A stretch of 63,582 nucleotides of DNA, the filler included, from Octopus bimaculoides (lineage: Eukaryota), in the NCBI RefSeq assembly GCF_001194135.2. It is 4 parts of 4 records of this genome, joined end to end, with 100 filler letters (N's around TTAATTAATTAA, not from the genome) between each part and the next. Parts side by side here need not be neighbours in the genome. Positions count along the whole stretch, not along the records: positions 29,588 to 61,050 come from NC_068986.1; 3 more parts are not named here. One strand, given 5' to 3'. The position numbers and the translations under genes are program-made. Position 1 is the first letter of the stretch, and every line of letters starts with the position of its first letter. Shown in pieces: positions 40,112-51,726 of this stretch. The notes under the pieces were generated by a model. The model saw only the letters and a program-made list of their open reading frames with translations, made no database searches and had not been told where the DNA came from.

Positions 40112-40300
40112 TTATTCATTAAACATTTTCAAAGCTTCGTTTGTTGCTCTAGTTTTGGTTGATTGTTGTAATTTCGCAATAATTGATTCATTAGGTACGA
40201 AGATCATTGATTGATATTGTCCCCTGATTCCGCTTTCATCCTTTTGCATAAATAACACCGCCTTAGACTTTCTGTAAGCAAACAACTGGATACGGAATAA
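40112..40300 (-). CDS. Secreted Cyt-like protein, terminal coding exon 4 (LFRIQLFAYRKSKAVLFMQKDESGIRGQYQSMIFVPNESIIAKLQQSTKTRATNEALKMFNE*)
   Basis: Acceptor TTATTTCTTGCAG, phase 0 matching exon 3. 62 codons then TAA at 40114-40112. Continues the beta-strand pattern of exon 3 (PYFK|LFRIQLFAY). Confidence 0.85.
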   Translation of the reverse strand, partial: LFRIQLFAYRKSKAVLFMQKDESGIRGQYQSMIFVPNESIIAKLQQSTKTRATNEALKMFNE

Positions 40301-42044
40301 CTGCAAGAAATAATTAAAAGACATTTTAATGAAATATAAAATCTTAATAAAAATTCTTGGGAAAACAACATGAAAGGTTTAGTTTTTGAAAATATTTTAT
40401 GTCAAACGACCAAAATTAAACAATGGGACATAGAGACTTAATCCAGTTTAATACCATATTCTGACCCTTGAGTATTTTTAGCGGAGTCCCACTCTGTTGT
40501 AAACCTTCAGATCAGGTTTCCGGTTTGAGGATATTTTCCTCCTCCCTCCCATCAGTTTCGGAAGCCCTGACAAATAAAAAAGGTCTTGAGCATTGCTCCT
40601 CTCTTCTATCCCAGTCATAAAAAATAGCCTCTCAAAATTTGGATAGCTGCACCCTATGGTCTTTTAACGTTCAGTGATCATGTAAGAATGAAGCAGGAAA
40701 AGCTAAAATTCTACTGAGAGATTGAAAGAAAAAAAGTCTTTTTATTGGCCGAGTATGGAGGAAGAGGTTGTATTTATGGCCTTAGATAGCCTCGCTAAGC
40801 CATGACGCGATTAATGTTCTTCTTCAACAGTATGAGTCGACTGCTGCAGGAAAAATATAGGCTAAGAAGGAATACCAGAGAGCTGAGGTTCTGAATAGGA
40901 AGGAGTGTGAGTGATGGTTAATGGACACACAAAACGGGTTGCGGAGAAGAATAGAGATGAGTATATCGAAAGTGACTGAATGTAGATGACACGTGACCAG
41001 CCAGTTCTGAGAAGTAAAAGCTATTACATTAGCAGCAGCAAAAGATAGATAAAATAAAATAACACGGCATATCTGTGCGTCGGTGCCTATCAGTCTTTTG
41101 GCAAGTGACTTCATGTTAATCACTCAAAGTGACGCTTTATATAGTTTATCTACACCAAATAAAACATCCTGTAATGTATAACAACCAGACATCATGGCGA
41201 CCTTTGACATGTAAAACAGTCCAAATTATGATAAACTCTTAGAAGTTTGTAAGAAACATTGTAAAAGATCAGGAGATAAAGGTGATTAAAGTATGTTCAA
41301 TAATTTTTCATGATCTGGAAACAAAATTTGAGTTCATCAATGTAATTTTATCTTTGTTGAGGGTGTGAACTTCTCCGTAGAGTTAATTTCTGATAATTTT
41401 GATAACCAGAGTAAAATGAGTTTGTTTCTAATTCAAAGTTTTCATAAATAAGGAATATGAGTTTGATGTCTTTAGATTAGTGAGTGCGTTAAATACTTTT
41501 GAATCTCATGCTCTTCCTGTTTATTTCCAAGAAGGTTACGAGCTTACAAACCTATATGATTAAAGGCATGCCATCCATGGCAATCAAATCTTCAATTTTC
41601 TGACCTAGTATATCTAAGGATACATTCTCCAATGTTTAATTTCCTTTTTTTTTATCTGACGCAAGAATTTCTAAGCAAAGTTATTCGTCGATAAACTCAA
41701 TTTCCCATTTCTGTCATTCAGCTTAGATCCAGATCGAATCACCACAGCATAAATTCTCGTCGTCTGTATTCTAACTAATATACAATGCGTCGATACTCTT
41801 GTACCTGTCACAGATTATGTATTCCAAGCGTTTCCTTCTCACATTAATGCCATTACTAGTATCTAGAACTACACACACTTCTAGAAGGCTGATATCATCA
41901 ATCACGCTTCTCTGAATTTCTACATACAAGTGTCATCCATGTGTAACGTCCACTCTTCACATCAGACGAGCACCGTTTCGACGAATATATATCTCGAATA
42001 CACAGTGGAAGGTTATATGTGTTTCGACAAAATTCAACACCTTC

Positions 42045-42318
42045 TCACAAGAGCCCACGCAACTCAAATAACAGATACTAAATAATCTTTACGATCATGT
42101 AACACCGAACTCGTCAAATTTAAGTCATATGGACTACGTTTGGAGCGTTGTTGAAGGAGAGACTAACCGACATCTTCACAATACCATAGCTGCACTGAAG
42201 GCCGCCATTGTACAGGTGATGTCCGACATGAAAAAGGAGCATTTAGTGAAAGCACGACAACGATTCTTGTCCTAGATTGAAGCAATCTACGAAGCTGAAG
42301 GCAGATTCATAGAATAAG
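42045..42318 (+). mobile_element. C-terminal fragment of a DD37D (maT) transposase
   Basis: SNLSHMDYVWSVVEGETNRHLHNTIAALKAAIVQVMSDMKKEHLVKARQRFLS*IEAIYEAEGRFIE* (degenerate SPDLNPLDY...EGGFIE). Confidence 0.7.
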
Positions 42319-43099
42319 TTTTGCAAGAAACCACAATGTACAGCCAGTGCAGGAGTGGCAGAATTTCTTGGTTTGGTATGGAATGGAGACATCTATTGAT
42401 TATGTGGCTGGATAGAGTGCTGATCTTTGTTTAAAAACCAATAGCATGTTCTTCAATGTTTGTAAGAAGTAACAGTTCATAGGTAAACACCATAACGATG
42501 CAATTCTTTTGGTAATATTGATGGAATCAGATAACTACTTCTGGTTCCTTGGCAAATTAGCGAAGTGTTTCAGAAATTCTTATCAATTGATATATGTTGA
42601 TCAGAATATGCAGGAAGTGGTTTATTGATTTTCTTTCTTTTGAATGAGAGTGCTACATAGAGTATATGTTTTGGTGAGGGCAAGTATTGAATGCATTTAT
42701 GGAATAAGAGGGTTTTCGTGCGTGTGTGTTCTGTAAATAAGTTGATGGATGTATTTCTGTCGTTGACGAGGAATCAATTGTTTGATCAACTGAACGACCT
42801 GTTCATTCAATTGAAGTGATAGTGGCTGAACCCTCTTCAGGCATATGTACCCATAGCGTAATTTTTTAGTAGAATCAGTGTAACACAGTGTGTAACAAGG
42901 GTGTACTGATGAATTACGGGTACAATCCGACTGACTGATTTCTATAAATGTTCCTTCTACCCAATTTTAGTCGCAAAATATGGGCCGATTCAGGAAAATG
43001 ATATCTATTTAATATGCTAAGCAGCGGGATCGAACTCAAGACATCGTGTTTGCAAAGCGAATTTTTTAACCATTCGGCTGCGCCAGTAATTCAGTAAAT

Positions 43100-43480
43100 T
43101 GTGAGTCTATTAAACGCATCAACATCTACACGAACTGGCTCAAGATCTGCAAAAATTGAAACTACCAATACCACACTTGTGTGCCGAGAGTGCTGCTTTA
43201 CTCCGTTTCCGAATGCATTAATCGGTGTCTCATCAGGCGGTGAAGCAGCTCTGTAGGTGTTTCGGACCATCACCGTCTACTAATATAAGCAACAGTAGCA
43301 CGTGCTTTGATGAGTCGAATACTGCACCTTTGGGTCAGAGGTTTCTAGTATCCTCATTGCTTGTTCGTGCTGTACCACTCAACTCCTCTCTTGAGTAAGA
43401 CGTAATGGCTTGATGTTTCAGCGGCTTCCGACAGTTTTTTAGCAACATCTTATCTCATCCTTCGCAGACAGTCTTTCTTC
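43100..43480 (-). mobile_element. Highly decayed RTE-like LINE fragment
   Basis: KKLSEAAETSSHY and RLIKARATVAYISRRxW resemble the post-RT RIxKARxxFxxLxxxW motif. Confidence 0.4.
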
Positions 43481-43928
43481 ACATAAAGAGTAAGTTACTG
43501 AATGTTATAGATTTTGATAGTTGAGGGGAGTTAAGAGAGTAATAGAAGACAAACGAGTAATAGAAGATATAAAAACCAAACATTAAACTAATTCTTTGTG
43601 TCTGACAGGAATTGATGAGCATGGTGGATTTAAAAATCATGATCATCATGTCTCTTTCTCACGGAGAGGGAGAGAGAGAGAGAGCGAGAGAGAGAGAGAG
43701 AGAGAGAGAAATAGATAGGATAAAATGTAAAGTCAACTCCAATTAGTTGAGATTTGAAATCAGAACCCAGACCAACGAATTTTAAGTACTATGAGGTTTG
43801 GAATTCGGCACTTTCGACTTTTATGGCAATGAATGAATAAATAAAATAAAAATGAAAAATGAAAAATAAGAATAAATAAAATTTAAAAATAAACAAAATG
43901 GGGGAGTATTTGTGGTTTTAAACATTAC

Positions 43929-44150
43929 CTTGAAGTAGGGCTTATTTAAATCAGGGTAACGAAGGACACCCATATCAACGACACTGCGTTCAACGTAATG
44001 ATTTCGGAGAAGGACACTACGAAAGCCTTTGATCTTTGCGCCAGTAGATGCTACGATATTTGCATAGTCAAGAATTTCGATCTTCGTGTCAGCTAATACG
44101 TCTGGGTCATCAATAAGTTCATTTGCAAACCAGTCAGAAACTTCTTCTAC
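43929..44150 (-). CDS. Secreted Cyt-like protein, coding exon 3 (VEEVSDWFANELIDDPDVLADTKIEILDYANIVASTGAKIKGFRSVLLRNHYVERSVVDMGVLRYPDLNKPYFK)
   Basis: Acceptor CTCTCTTACAG, donor AAG|GTAATG. 222 nt, phase 0-0, 74 open codons with globular composition. Confidence 0.9.
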
Positions 44151-44310
44151 CTGTAAGAGAGTAGCATACACAATTAAGTGTGTGTATATACATACATACA
44201 TGATAAATTTTTATTCAGCCGACCCGCTAATTGCAACAGCAGTGGTTTTTCAATCGGTCTCTTCCTATATCAGTGACAACATACACGCATACATATTCAT
44301 AATACTTACA

Positions 44311-44576
44311 TCTTATATATAAATGGCAATTTCTGTCTGTCTGTGTGTCCGTCTATCCGTTAGTCTGTTACCATCTTGGTGCCTAAACCAGGGAACCAAT
44401 CTTCACCAAACTTTGTATACATGTTGAATTAACATCCACCTCAATTATAGGCTAATTGGATTTCAATAAAAATCGATAATTGACCGACTATGGGGGTTGG
44501 GCTATTGTGCGATAAAATCATCCTTTGCATCCTTCTCTAAACCTTGTACACAGGCCGCCAAGCTTCTACACACTAG
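44311..44576 (+). mobile_element. Non-autonomous Helitron (266 bp), in intron 2 of the secreted-protein gene
   Basis: Inserted between A and T with 5' TC and 3' CTAG. Internal (CTGT)n tract and an ATCTTCACCAAACTT motif resembling the 5' end of the 56157 element. Confidence 0.75.
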
Positions 44577-44599
44577 TTGACTTCCGACAATTTCAAAAT

Positions 44600-45335
44600 C
44601 TCGACTAACAGAGAACAGGATTGGCTCTTCCTTTTAATTCCAACTTTCTTTTATTCTTATCTTCTCTCTAGGAAAGAGACAGCGGTGGCTTTGCTACGGC
44701 TCATTTGCATGATTTTTAGAAGGAATCCATCAGGGCCAGTAGTTGAATTCAGGTTTTTCTCATCTAATGCCAGTATGACATCTTTTTTGTTTATGTAATC
44801 AATCTCCAGTGCCTCCCTTTTGTGGGTAGAGTGACAAAGAACTCAGCTGGTTTGCTCACCTGCATGAACTCTAGAAGTGGAGGTGGTCAAAATGATTTTG
44901 AATATTTTATTACTCGTAAGGTTTCCCGTGAGGGAGTTGTCTTTGGGAAGAGTGGCCCTACCCTGCAATTCACCGAAGCAGTTTCTGTGGCAAATTTGAA
45001 GAAGGCTTTAGGGTTTGATTTTATTGTCTATTATCCATGTTTCTTTGTCTGCTCTTTCTTTTTATGGGAGGGTTGCAGATTTTTCTCAATCTCCTCCAGT
45101 TATTTTCGGGCGGGATCTTTCACTGCTTTTGAATTGTTTGTTTAGGTGGTTTGCAATCTTTGTACATCGTCTCATAAGAACTTTCCTTTCCCAGGGAATT
45201 CTATTCTTGTGAACAGTGGCCTTTCTCTCCGGAACTGATATGTAGAATATAGCTTGCGTTACGGACTTGAATTGTTCAAGTTTCATATCGATGTCAGATG
45301 TGAAGAGACATTTAAGCCAATCCTGTTTGAAGATA
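44600..45335 (-). mobile_element. CR1/Jockey-group LINE ORF2 fragment (between endonuclease and RT)
   Basis: KNRIPWERKVLMRR, IDNKIKP and VILALDEKNLNSTTGPDGFLLKIM (GPDG motif upstream of RT). Many stops. Confidence 0.65.
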
Positions 45336-46069
45336 CATACATACATAGTGAGAGAGAGAGAGTGTGAGTGAGTGTGTGAGTGAGTGCGTGCATGTTCCTG
45401 TATGTGTGTGTGTGCGCGCATGCATATGGCTGTATGTGCGTGCGTATCTTTTTGCGTACATGCCTGCGTGTGTGTATATGTATGTGTGTCTGTGTATATG
45501 TATGTGTGTCTGTGTATGTGTATGCATAAGTATGAAGCAAAAAATATAGGCAGATCGCTTTTAAGTGATGAGAAGACTTACAATTCCTTCCTGCTTGTCA
45601 CTGGTAGCTAGACGGTAGTCACTGTAGCCTAGGTATTTCTCTCTGAAAATTTCAGTGGAATTGTCAGGAATCAGAAGGACATTTTGATTCATGAGAGAGA
45701 CGTAATCTTTGAAAGTAATTATTCTGTTGCCCATGTTTTCTCTCACAGTTTGTATGCGTTTGTTGATTCCAGCTATGGCGATCTGTAGAATAGAGACAGT
45801 GAAGACAAAAAAAGAGGTTAATAATAGTATGCATCCACATATCTCAATTTTATCTTTTTATCTTTTATCTTTCATCTTTTTATTGGCTCTAGTTTTGAGA
45901 CTGCGACTATCCTGGGGCACCGCCTTGAAGGGTTAGTCAAACAAATCGACTCCAGGACCTTTTTTTAAAGCTTTGTTCTTATCTGTTGGTTTGTTTTGCT
46001 GAACCGCTAAGTTACGGGTTCGTAAACAAACCAACACCAGTTGTCAAGCGGTGGTTGGGAACAAACACA

Positions 46070-46091
46070 TAGACACACACATACATACATG

Positions 46092-46178
<87 letters not shown>

Positions 46179-46492
46179 GCATATATACATACATAGATAC
46201 ATATATAAATATATATACATATATACATAAATATATATATATACATACATATATATACATACCTATATATGCATGCCTATATATATATGTACATATATAT
46301 ATATACATGCTTATATATATATATAGATATATATATATACATACATACATATATACATAGATATGCATATACATACATATATACATAGATATACATATAC
46401 ATACATATATATACATACATACATATATATACAAATTTATATATATACATATACATATATATATCTATATACATACACATATATATATACCT

Positions 46493-46546
<54 letters not shown>
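46070..46546. repeat. (CA)n/(TA)n/(CATA)n compound microsatellite
   Basis: Direct reading. Confidence 0.95.
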
Positions 46547-46548
<2 letters not shown>

Positions 46549-46798
46549 CAGGTTTCTTTCAGTTTCCGTCAACCAAACTTACTCACAAAGTTTTCGTCGA
46601 CTCAAGACTATAATAAATTAGTAAAAGCCACTTGCTCAAGGTGCCACTTGCAGTAGAGCTGAATCAAAGTCCGCACGGCCAAACTTAAAAAGCAATAGAC
46701 TAACTACCAAACTGACTGGTAGAATAGAGACTGGTAGAAAAAGAGACTGGTAGAATAAGCACAGTAATGGGAGGTGGAGTAAATTTTGATGAACAAAC

Positions 46799-46945
46799 CG
46801 GGCTTGGGCATTCTGTCTCGACCAGCGAGCTGCATGAGGCATGGCTCATCATCAAGCGAGCCGCACAACAAAACAATTTTCAAGGTAATTTTACGTTAGG
46901 CGTGCCACTGAGAAAGTCCCACGAGCCACTGTTTGCCCATGACTG
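46799..46945. mobile_element. Older copy of the same 146-bp hAT MITE family
   Basis: Colinear with 51581-51726 (shared AAGCG(A/G)GCCGCAC, GCGTGCCACT, CATGACTG). Degenerate TSD GAACAAAC/GACTAAAC. Confidence 0.7.
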
Positions 46946-47680
46946 GACTAAACCATTGCAAATGGTGTTCCAGCATGGCCGCTGTTCAATGACTGAAACA
47001 AAAAAAAAAAAGAAAAGAATTCTCCATCACTGACCTAATTAGTGTCATTTTGATGTTTAAAGTAATTAATTCTCTTAAATCTTGGTTAATTGTTCTTTTA
47101 GCGTGTGAGGAAATCATGTTTACAAACTTTGGACTTGTGTGTCTATTGTTAATTTTCTCTGGCATTCAACTGCCCTTTGCTTTCATTGTTTTCTCCCCAC
47201 TTCTCCACCCCGCAACAGACGTGGTGTCTAAATATCTAACAATCCCCACCCCTTCAGTGTTTCTTGATATCTCAAACGAGTGTACGTGGTCATTTAAAGA
47301 GCCACTTGTTCACATCTCGTGAACCTTGGATGATCAGTGGCGACAGAAGACTGATAGAAACCCTACAAGTTTTAAGAAGAAAAATATATTTAACTAAATC
47401 ATTGATCCATTTCCTTTTTTTCGTTTGTATTGGTATAACTCAGCAGATTTTGGGATTAAGTTAAAACTTGTACTTGTTTCAGTCACGAGACGACGGTCAT
47501 GCTGGGACACCGCTTTGAAGGATTTAGACGAACAAATAGACCCCAGGACTTTTTCTTAAATCTGGCAACTTATTCTATCGGGGGTATTTTTTTTGCTGAA
47601 CCACTAAGTTACGGAGAGGTAAACAAACCAACACCGGTTGTCAAGCGGTGGAAGGACACACACATATCATGTACAGATAT

Positions 47681-47728
<48 letters not shown>

Positions 47729-47791
47729 TCATATATACATACATTTATGGATGTATGTATACACACATACACATACACATACACATATATA

Positions 47792-48190
47792 CGAGGGGTG
47801 TTCATTAAAGATTTTCCCTGACCCACTTCCGGTTATTTTAGGAAACGGAACTTGAATAGATATAACGTCACTACATGTCACATTGTAAATTGTAGCTCTC
47901 CACTAGGATTCGTTTGTCTTTTACGGCTGCTGAAGTGGACTAAGGTGTTATTATGGACGCAGTTGAATGCAGATCAGTGAACAGGTTCTTATACTTGAAA
48001 GGTCGTGCACCGAAAGAGACTATCGATGAGATGAAAGAAGTTTATGATGACGATGCACCATTATACAACGTAGTCAAGCTGTGGCATCGCCAGTTCAAAT
48101 GTGGTCGGACATCCGTGGAAACTACTCCTATTCCTGGACGACCACATTCCGCCATTGATGATGACACCAGCCATAAAGTGGAACGCCATT
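47792..48190 (+). mobile_element. 5' fragment of a mariner (irritans/Himar1-like) element, in intron 2 of the secreted-protein gene
   Basis: TA|CGAGGGGTGTTC terminus. HTH region MDAVECRSVNRFLYLKG...VKLWHRQFKCGRTSVETTPIPGRP at 47953. Confidence 0.8.
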
Positions 48191-48804
48191 TTGGATCTCG
48201 CCTCTCACAATATAGAAACATTTCTCATGGCACCAACCGACAAAATGGAAAAGGCACTGCCCACGATGTCATGGGAGATGCGCTGGAACAGCCACTCTGA
48301 CTCACGGGGCTCGCAATTGTGGACAACAATTTCCGCTCCGGTAGCAGTGAGTGAACAGGGATATGGTCCGAGGACCAAGAATACCGGAGGTCTCAACTGC
48401 CACAGACTCGACTATAAACCTGAGTTCGGCGGGTTTTGTGCTCTGAAGGTAAAGTGCCAGAACAAATGCCGTCAAACATTCGGTTCAGCACGCTGCCTTC
48501 ATTTACACTTATTAATCACAATATTGTTTTCAAATGTTGGCATAAGGCCAGCAATTTCGGGCGAGGGGGTAAATCGTTTACATCGACCCCCAATCCTGAA
48601 CTAGTACTTTTTTCGTCGACCCCGAAAGAATGAAAGGCAGAGTCGACCTCGGCGGAATTTGAACACAGAACGTTCAGAGACGGATGAAATGCCGCTAAGC
48701 ATTTTGCCCAGCGCAGTAATGATTCTGCCAGCCTGCTGCCTTATATAATATCAACAATATTAAAAAGAACAAGTCAATATGATCAAGAGATAAAAGACGC
48801 TTAC

Positions 48805-48983
48805 CAGTAAATTTCTGTCCATATTTTTTATGGTTTCGTTATTAAGCTGTCCATAACTAGCTGCCAGGCTACAGTGGTAAGGAACCATTTCCATGTCCTC
48901 TACATCTTCTGTTTTTGATAATTCTATCATTTTACGAGCCAGGGCAACCACAGCACCAGTCGTGCTGAGACCTGCAGACGAAG
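48805..48983 (-). CDS. Secreted Cyt-like protein, coding exon 2 ((A)SSAGLSTTGAVVALARKMIELSK...NETIKNMDRNLL)
   Basis: Acceptor TTTTATACAG (AG at 48985-84), with an in-frame alternative CTGCAG 12 nt downstream (exon start 48971). Phase 1 start matches exon 1. Donor CTG|GTAAGC, phase 0. No stops. Confidence 0.85.
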
Positions 48984-50889
48984 CTGTATAAAACGAGCAA
49001 GAGAATATTTTATTTAATAATGTATGTTTATTAAAAGTATGTAAATGGATAAATTCGTTTGGCTGAACTCATGCTAAAATAATACTTTTAATTTTTGGCA
49101 CAAGGTCAGCAATTGTGATAAGAGGAGATATTCGATGACATCGAATTAAGTGATCGATTTGTACTTATTTTATCGAACCTGAAAGGATGAAGGGCAAAGT
49201 CAACGTCGGCAACATTTGGGCTTTGACGGAATGTTGCTACGCAGTGATAGTTCTGCCAGCTCGTCACATTCCGGACCGAATATTGTTTCCTACTCTAGGC
49301 ACAAGGCCCAAAATTTTGAGGGAGGGGGACAGTCGATTAGATCGACCCCAGTACGCAACTGGGACTTAACTAACCCGAAAGGATGAAAAGCAAAGTCGAC
49401 TTCGGTGGAATTTGAACTCAAAACGAAAAGACAGACGAGAAACCGCGAAGCATTTCGCCCGGCGTGCTAACGTTTCTGCCTGGTCATCACATTCAGAACC
49501 GAATATTATTGATAGCTATTGAGTCGAGTCTAGAGCAATGAGTAAAGAATTCGACCTCGGGAGGAATCTTTTTCTTTTTTGAAAGGTTTGGGGTCCACAC
49601 CAAAAGGCTTCTCCCATAGCCTTCGCAGCTTCTCATTCAAAGGAACCGTTGAGATCGATTTAGTTAATGAACAACTAAAACAGCTACAAGTTGATACTTG
49701 CGAGGGAAACAAGGGCAAAAGAGGGAATTGAGAGGGTTATTATATGAAATGACATTATCGATGGATATTTGGGTAACAAGAATGTACGTTTTCTGAGCAA
49801 TGGTTCACTGTCATCGTCATCTTCACAATATTTGCTGCTGTCTCCAAGTACATCTTCATCTACTATTTCTTCTATCTTAACACTTGATGTCTTTGACTAA
49901 GCAACATATAAAATAAAATAAAGCAGTTAAAAATAAAGACATACTTTACAACACAAGATCTATTTTAGTTAAAGAAGTGTTAGGAAGAAAATAAGAAGTT
50001 ACGTTACTTTACTGAATCGAAAGGCATAGTTTCAGCGAAGGGGCTTTGCTGATAATGTCATCGTGACTCCGACTTTGAAGGGCAATGTTGTGTACGGCAG
50101 TGGACTTTGAAATTACATCTCAACATTTGAAGACAAACCAGTTTAAAGTTAATTTCACTATATTACATGTGTGGTGCTCTACCGTCACCCACACACCACA
50201 CAACACACATGCATTCACACGCACACACGCACGCACAAACACGCGCGCACTCACTCACGTACGTACGTATACAAACACATACACAAATGCCGTTGCTAAG
50301 TAACAAACCGTAGAGTGCAATTGTTTATTTAGGCCTGTCCAGTACTGGATGTCTTGCTGGTGTTATTCAGCTGATCATTGACTTCCTGGTTCCTTTCGGC
50401 CAGTAGATAATATTTTACATGTGTCACATCAGGAACAAACGCGAATAAAATCCCATGTACAATAGGAAAAGAATGGACGAAACAAGAAATTCCTTTGGCT
50501 TTTGACGGAAATACATTTTTATGTTTTCACTTGATAACAATGTGGACAGAACTGGATTTTTTTTAAACAATAAAAAAATAGCTAAGTAAGAAATTATAGA
50601 TATAAACGAAAAACTTTACGGGAAGACTTTATAAAACAATACAATTCACCACAGTACGAGATATGGTATGATTGGAACAAAAGTTCGATGGGGTGCCTAT
50701 TGGTGGGTCGACTACCTGGGTGTCATAAGGCTGCTGGAACAGGGTTGATCGAGAGGTTATTCAACAGCAACGAAAATAATTATAATGATAATTTTTGAAC
50801 AGCATTTGTCACGTATTTTTTTAATTATTACAAAGGATTGTTGGTTATTACGAAGGATATTAATAGGGTTTTCCTCATCATGTACTTAC

Positions 50890-50941
50890 CATTTGAATAG
50901 GCAAAGGACGACAACAGTAACAGCGCAACTATGAACTTCAT
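50890..50941 (-). CDS. Secreted Cyt-like protein, coding exon 1 (signal peptide MKFIVALLLLSSFAYSN + 1 nt)
   Basis: ATG at 50941. Met-Lys, hydrophobic core and small-residue end form a typical signal peptide. Donor AATG|GTAAGT after 50890 (phase 1). An upstream acceptor TTTCATTACAG at 50969-70 implies a further 5' UTR exon. Confidence 0.8.
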
Positions 50942-51580
50942 GTTTGCCTTCAGTATCGCGTATGTTTTCTGTAATGAAACTGGACGTTATTTTTATCCGT
51001 TTATATTATTTAGACAGATGGTTATTTCTCAAGAATGTTTTAACTGAGAACAAAGATGCTAGTAATAACACTGTTAAATATAAACAATATATTTGGAGAT
51101 ATGTTAGATGTGGGAGGATGTGGGGCTTCATAATAATAATAATAACAACAATATATTAGTCTAGTTTAGAAATAAAATTACCGAAACGACATTGTATAGA
51201 AGACCAACTGGCATGTGTTTATTGTCACATAGACTGCATTATACGCAGCACTTTTAACGTAACTTTCGAGCAAAATTAATTATTTTATCCATTAAAATTC
51301 TTTGCACATAGCTTCATCGATAAATGTTACTTTTTTTGTTGCGTGTGCTTGTTTTATACGGGATAATTTAGGTAATGCATTAGTTTTAGTTTAAAGGACT
51401 GTTATAAGAGAATGTACTAACGTATCTTATCTTCTATTTTTATCCTCTTCAAGACACTCTTTTCTATCAGCTTTAGCTAAAAGTAAACGTCAATAAAAAT
51501 AGGTGGGCCACATTAATGCGAGTTGAAAAATGCCACAGAAGAATGGCAGCAATCCGAAACGATAAGATGTTAGACTAGAC

Positions 51581-51726
51581 CAGGCATGGAAAACCTTTTT
51601 CGAGAAGCGGACCACATAAGACGTGGCCCATCATTAAGCGGGCCGCACTACTAAAAGATTTTATGATAATTTTTCGTTAAGCGTGCCACTCACAAAATCT
51701 TGCGGATCGTAGTTTGCTCATGACTG
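51581..51726. mobile_element. hAT MITE, 146 bp
   Basis: Imperfect TIRs CAGGCATGG / CATGACTG and perfect 8-bp TSD GACTAGAC. Confidence 0.85.

Noticed and set aside
49530-49560. DAX1/SHP-like ILYSLL (LxxLL) motif
   Set aside because: It is a six-residue match followed immediately by a stop, with no other nuclear-receptor features.
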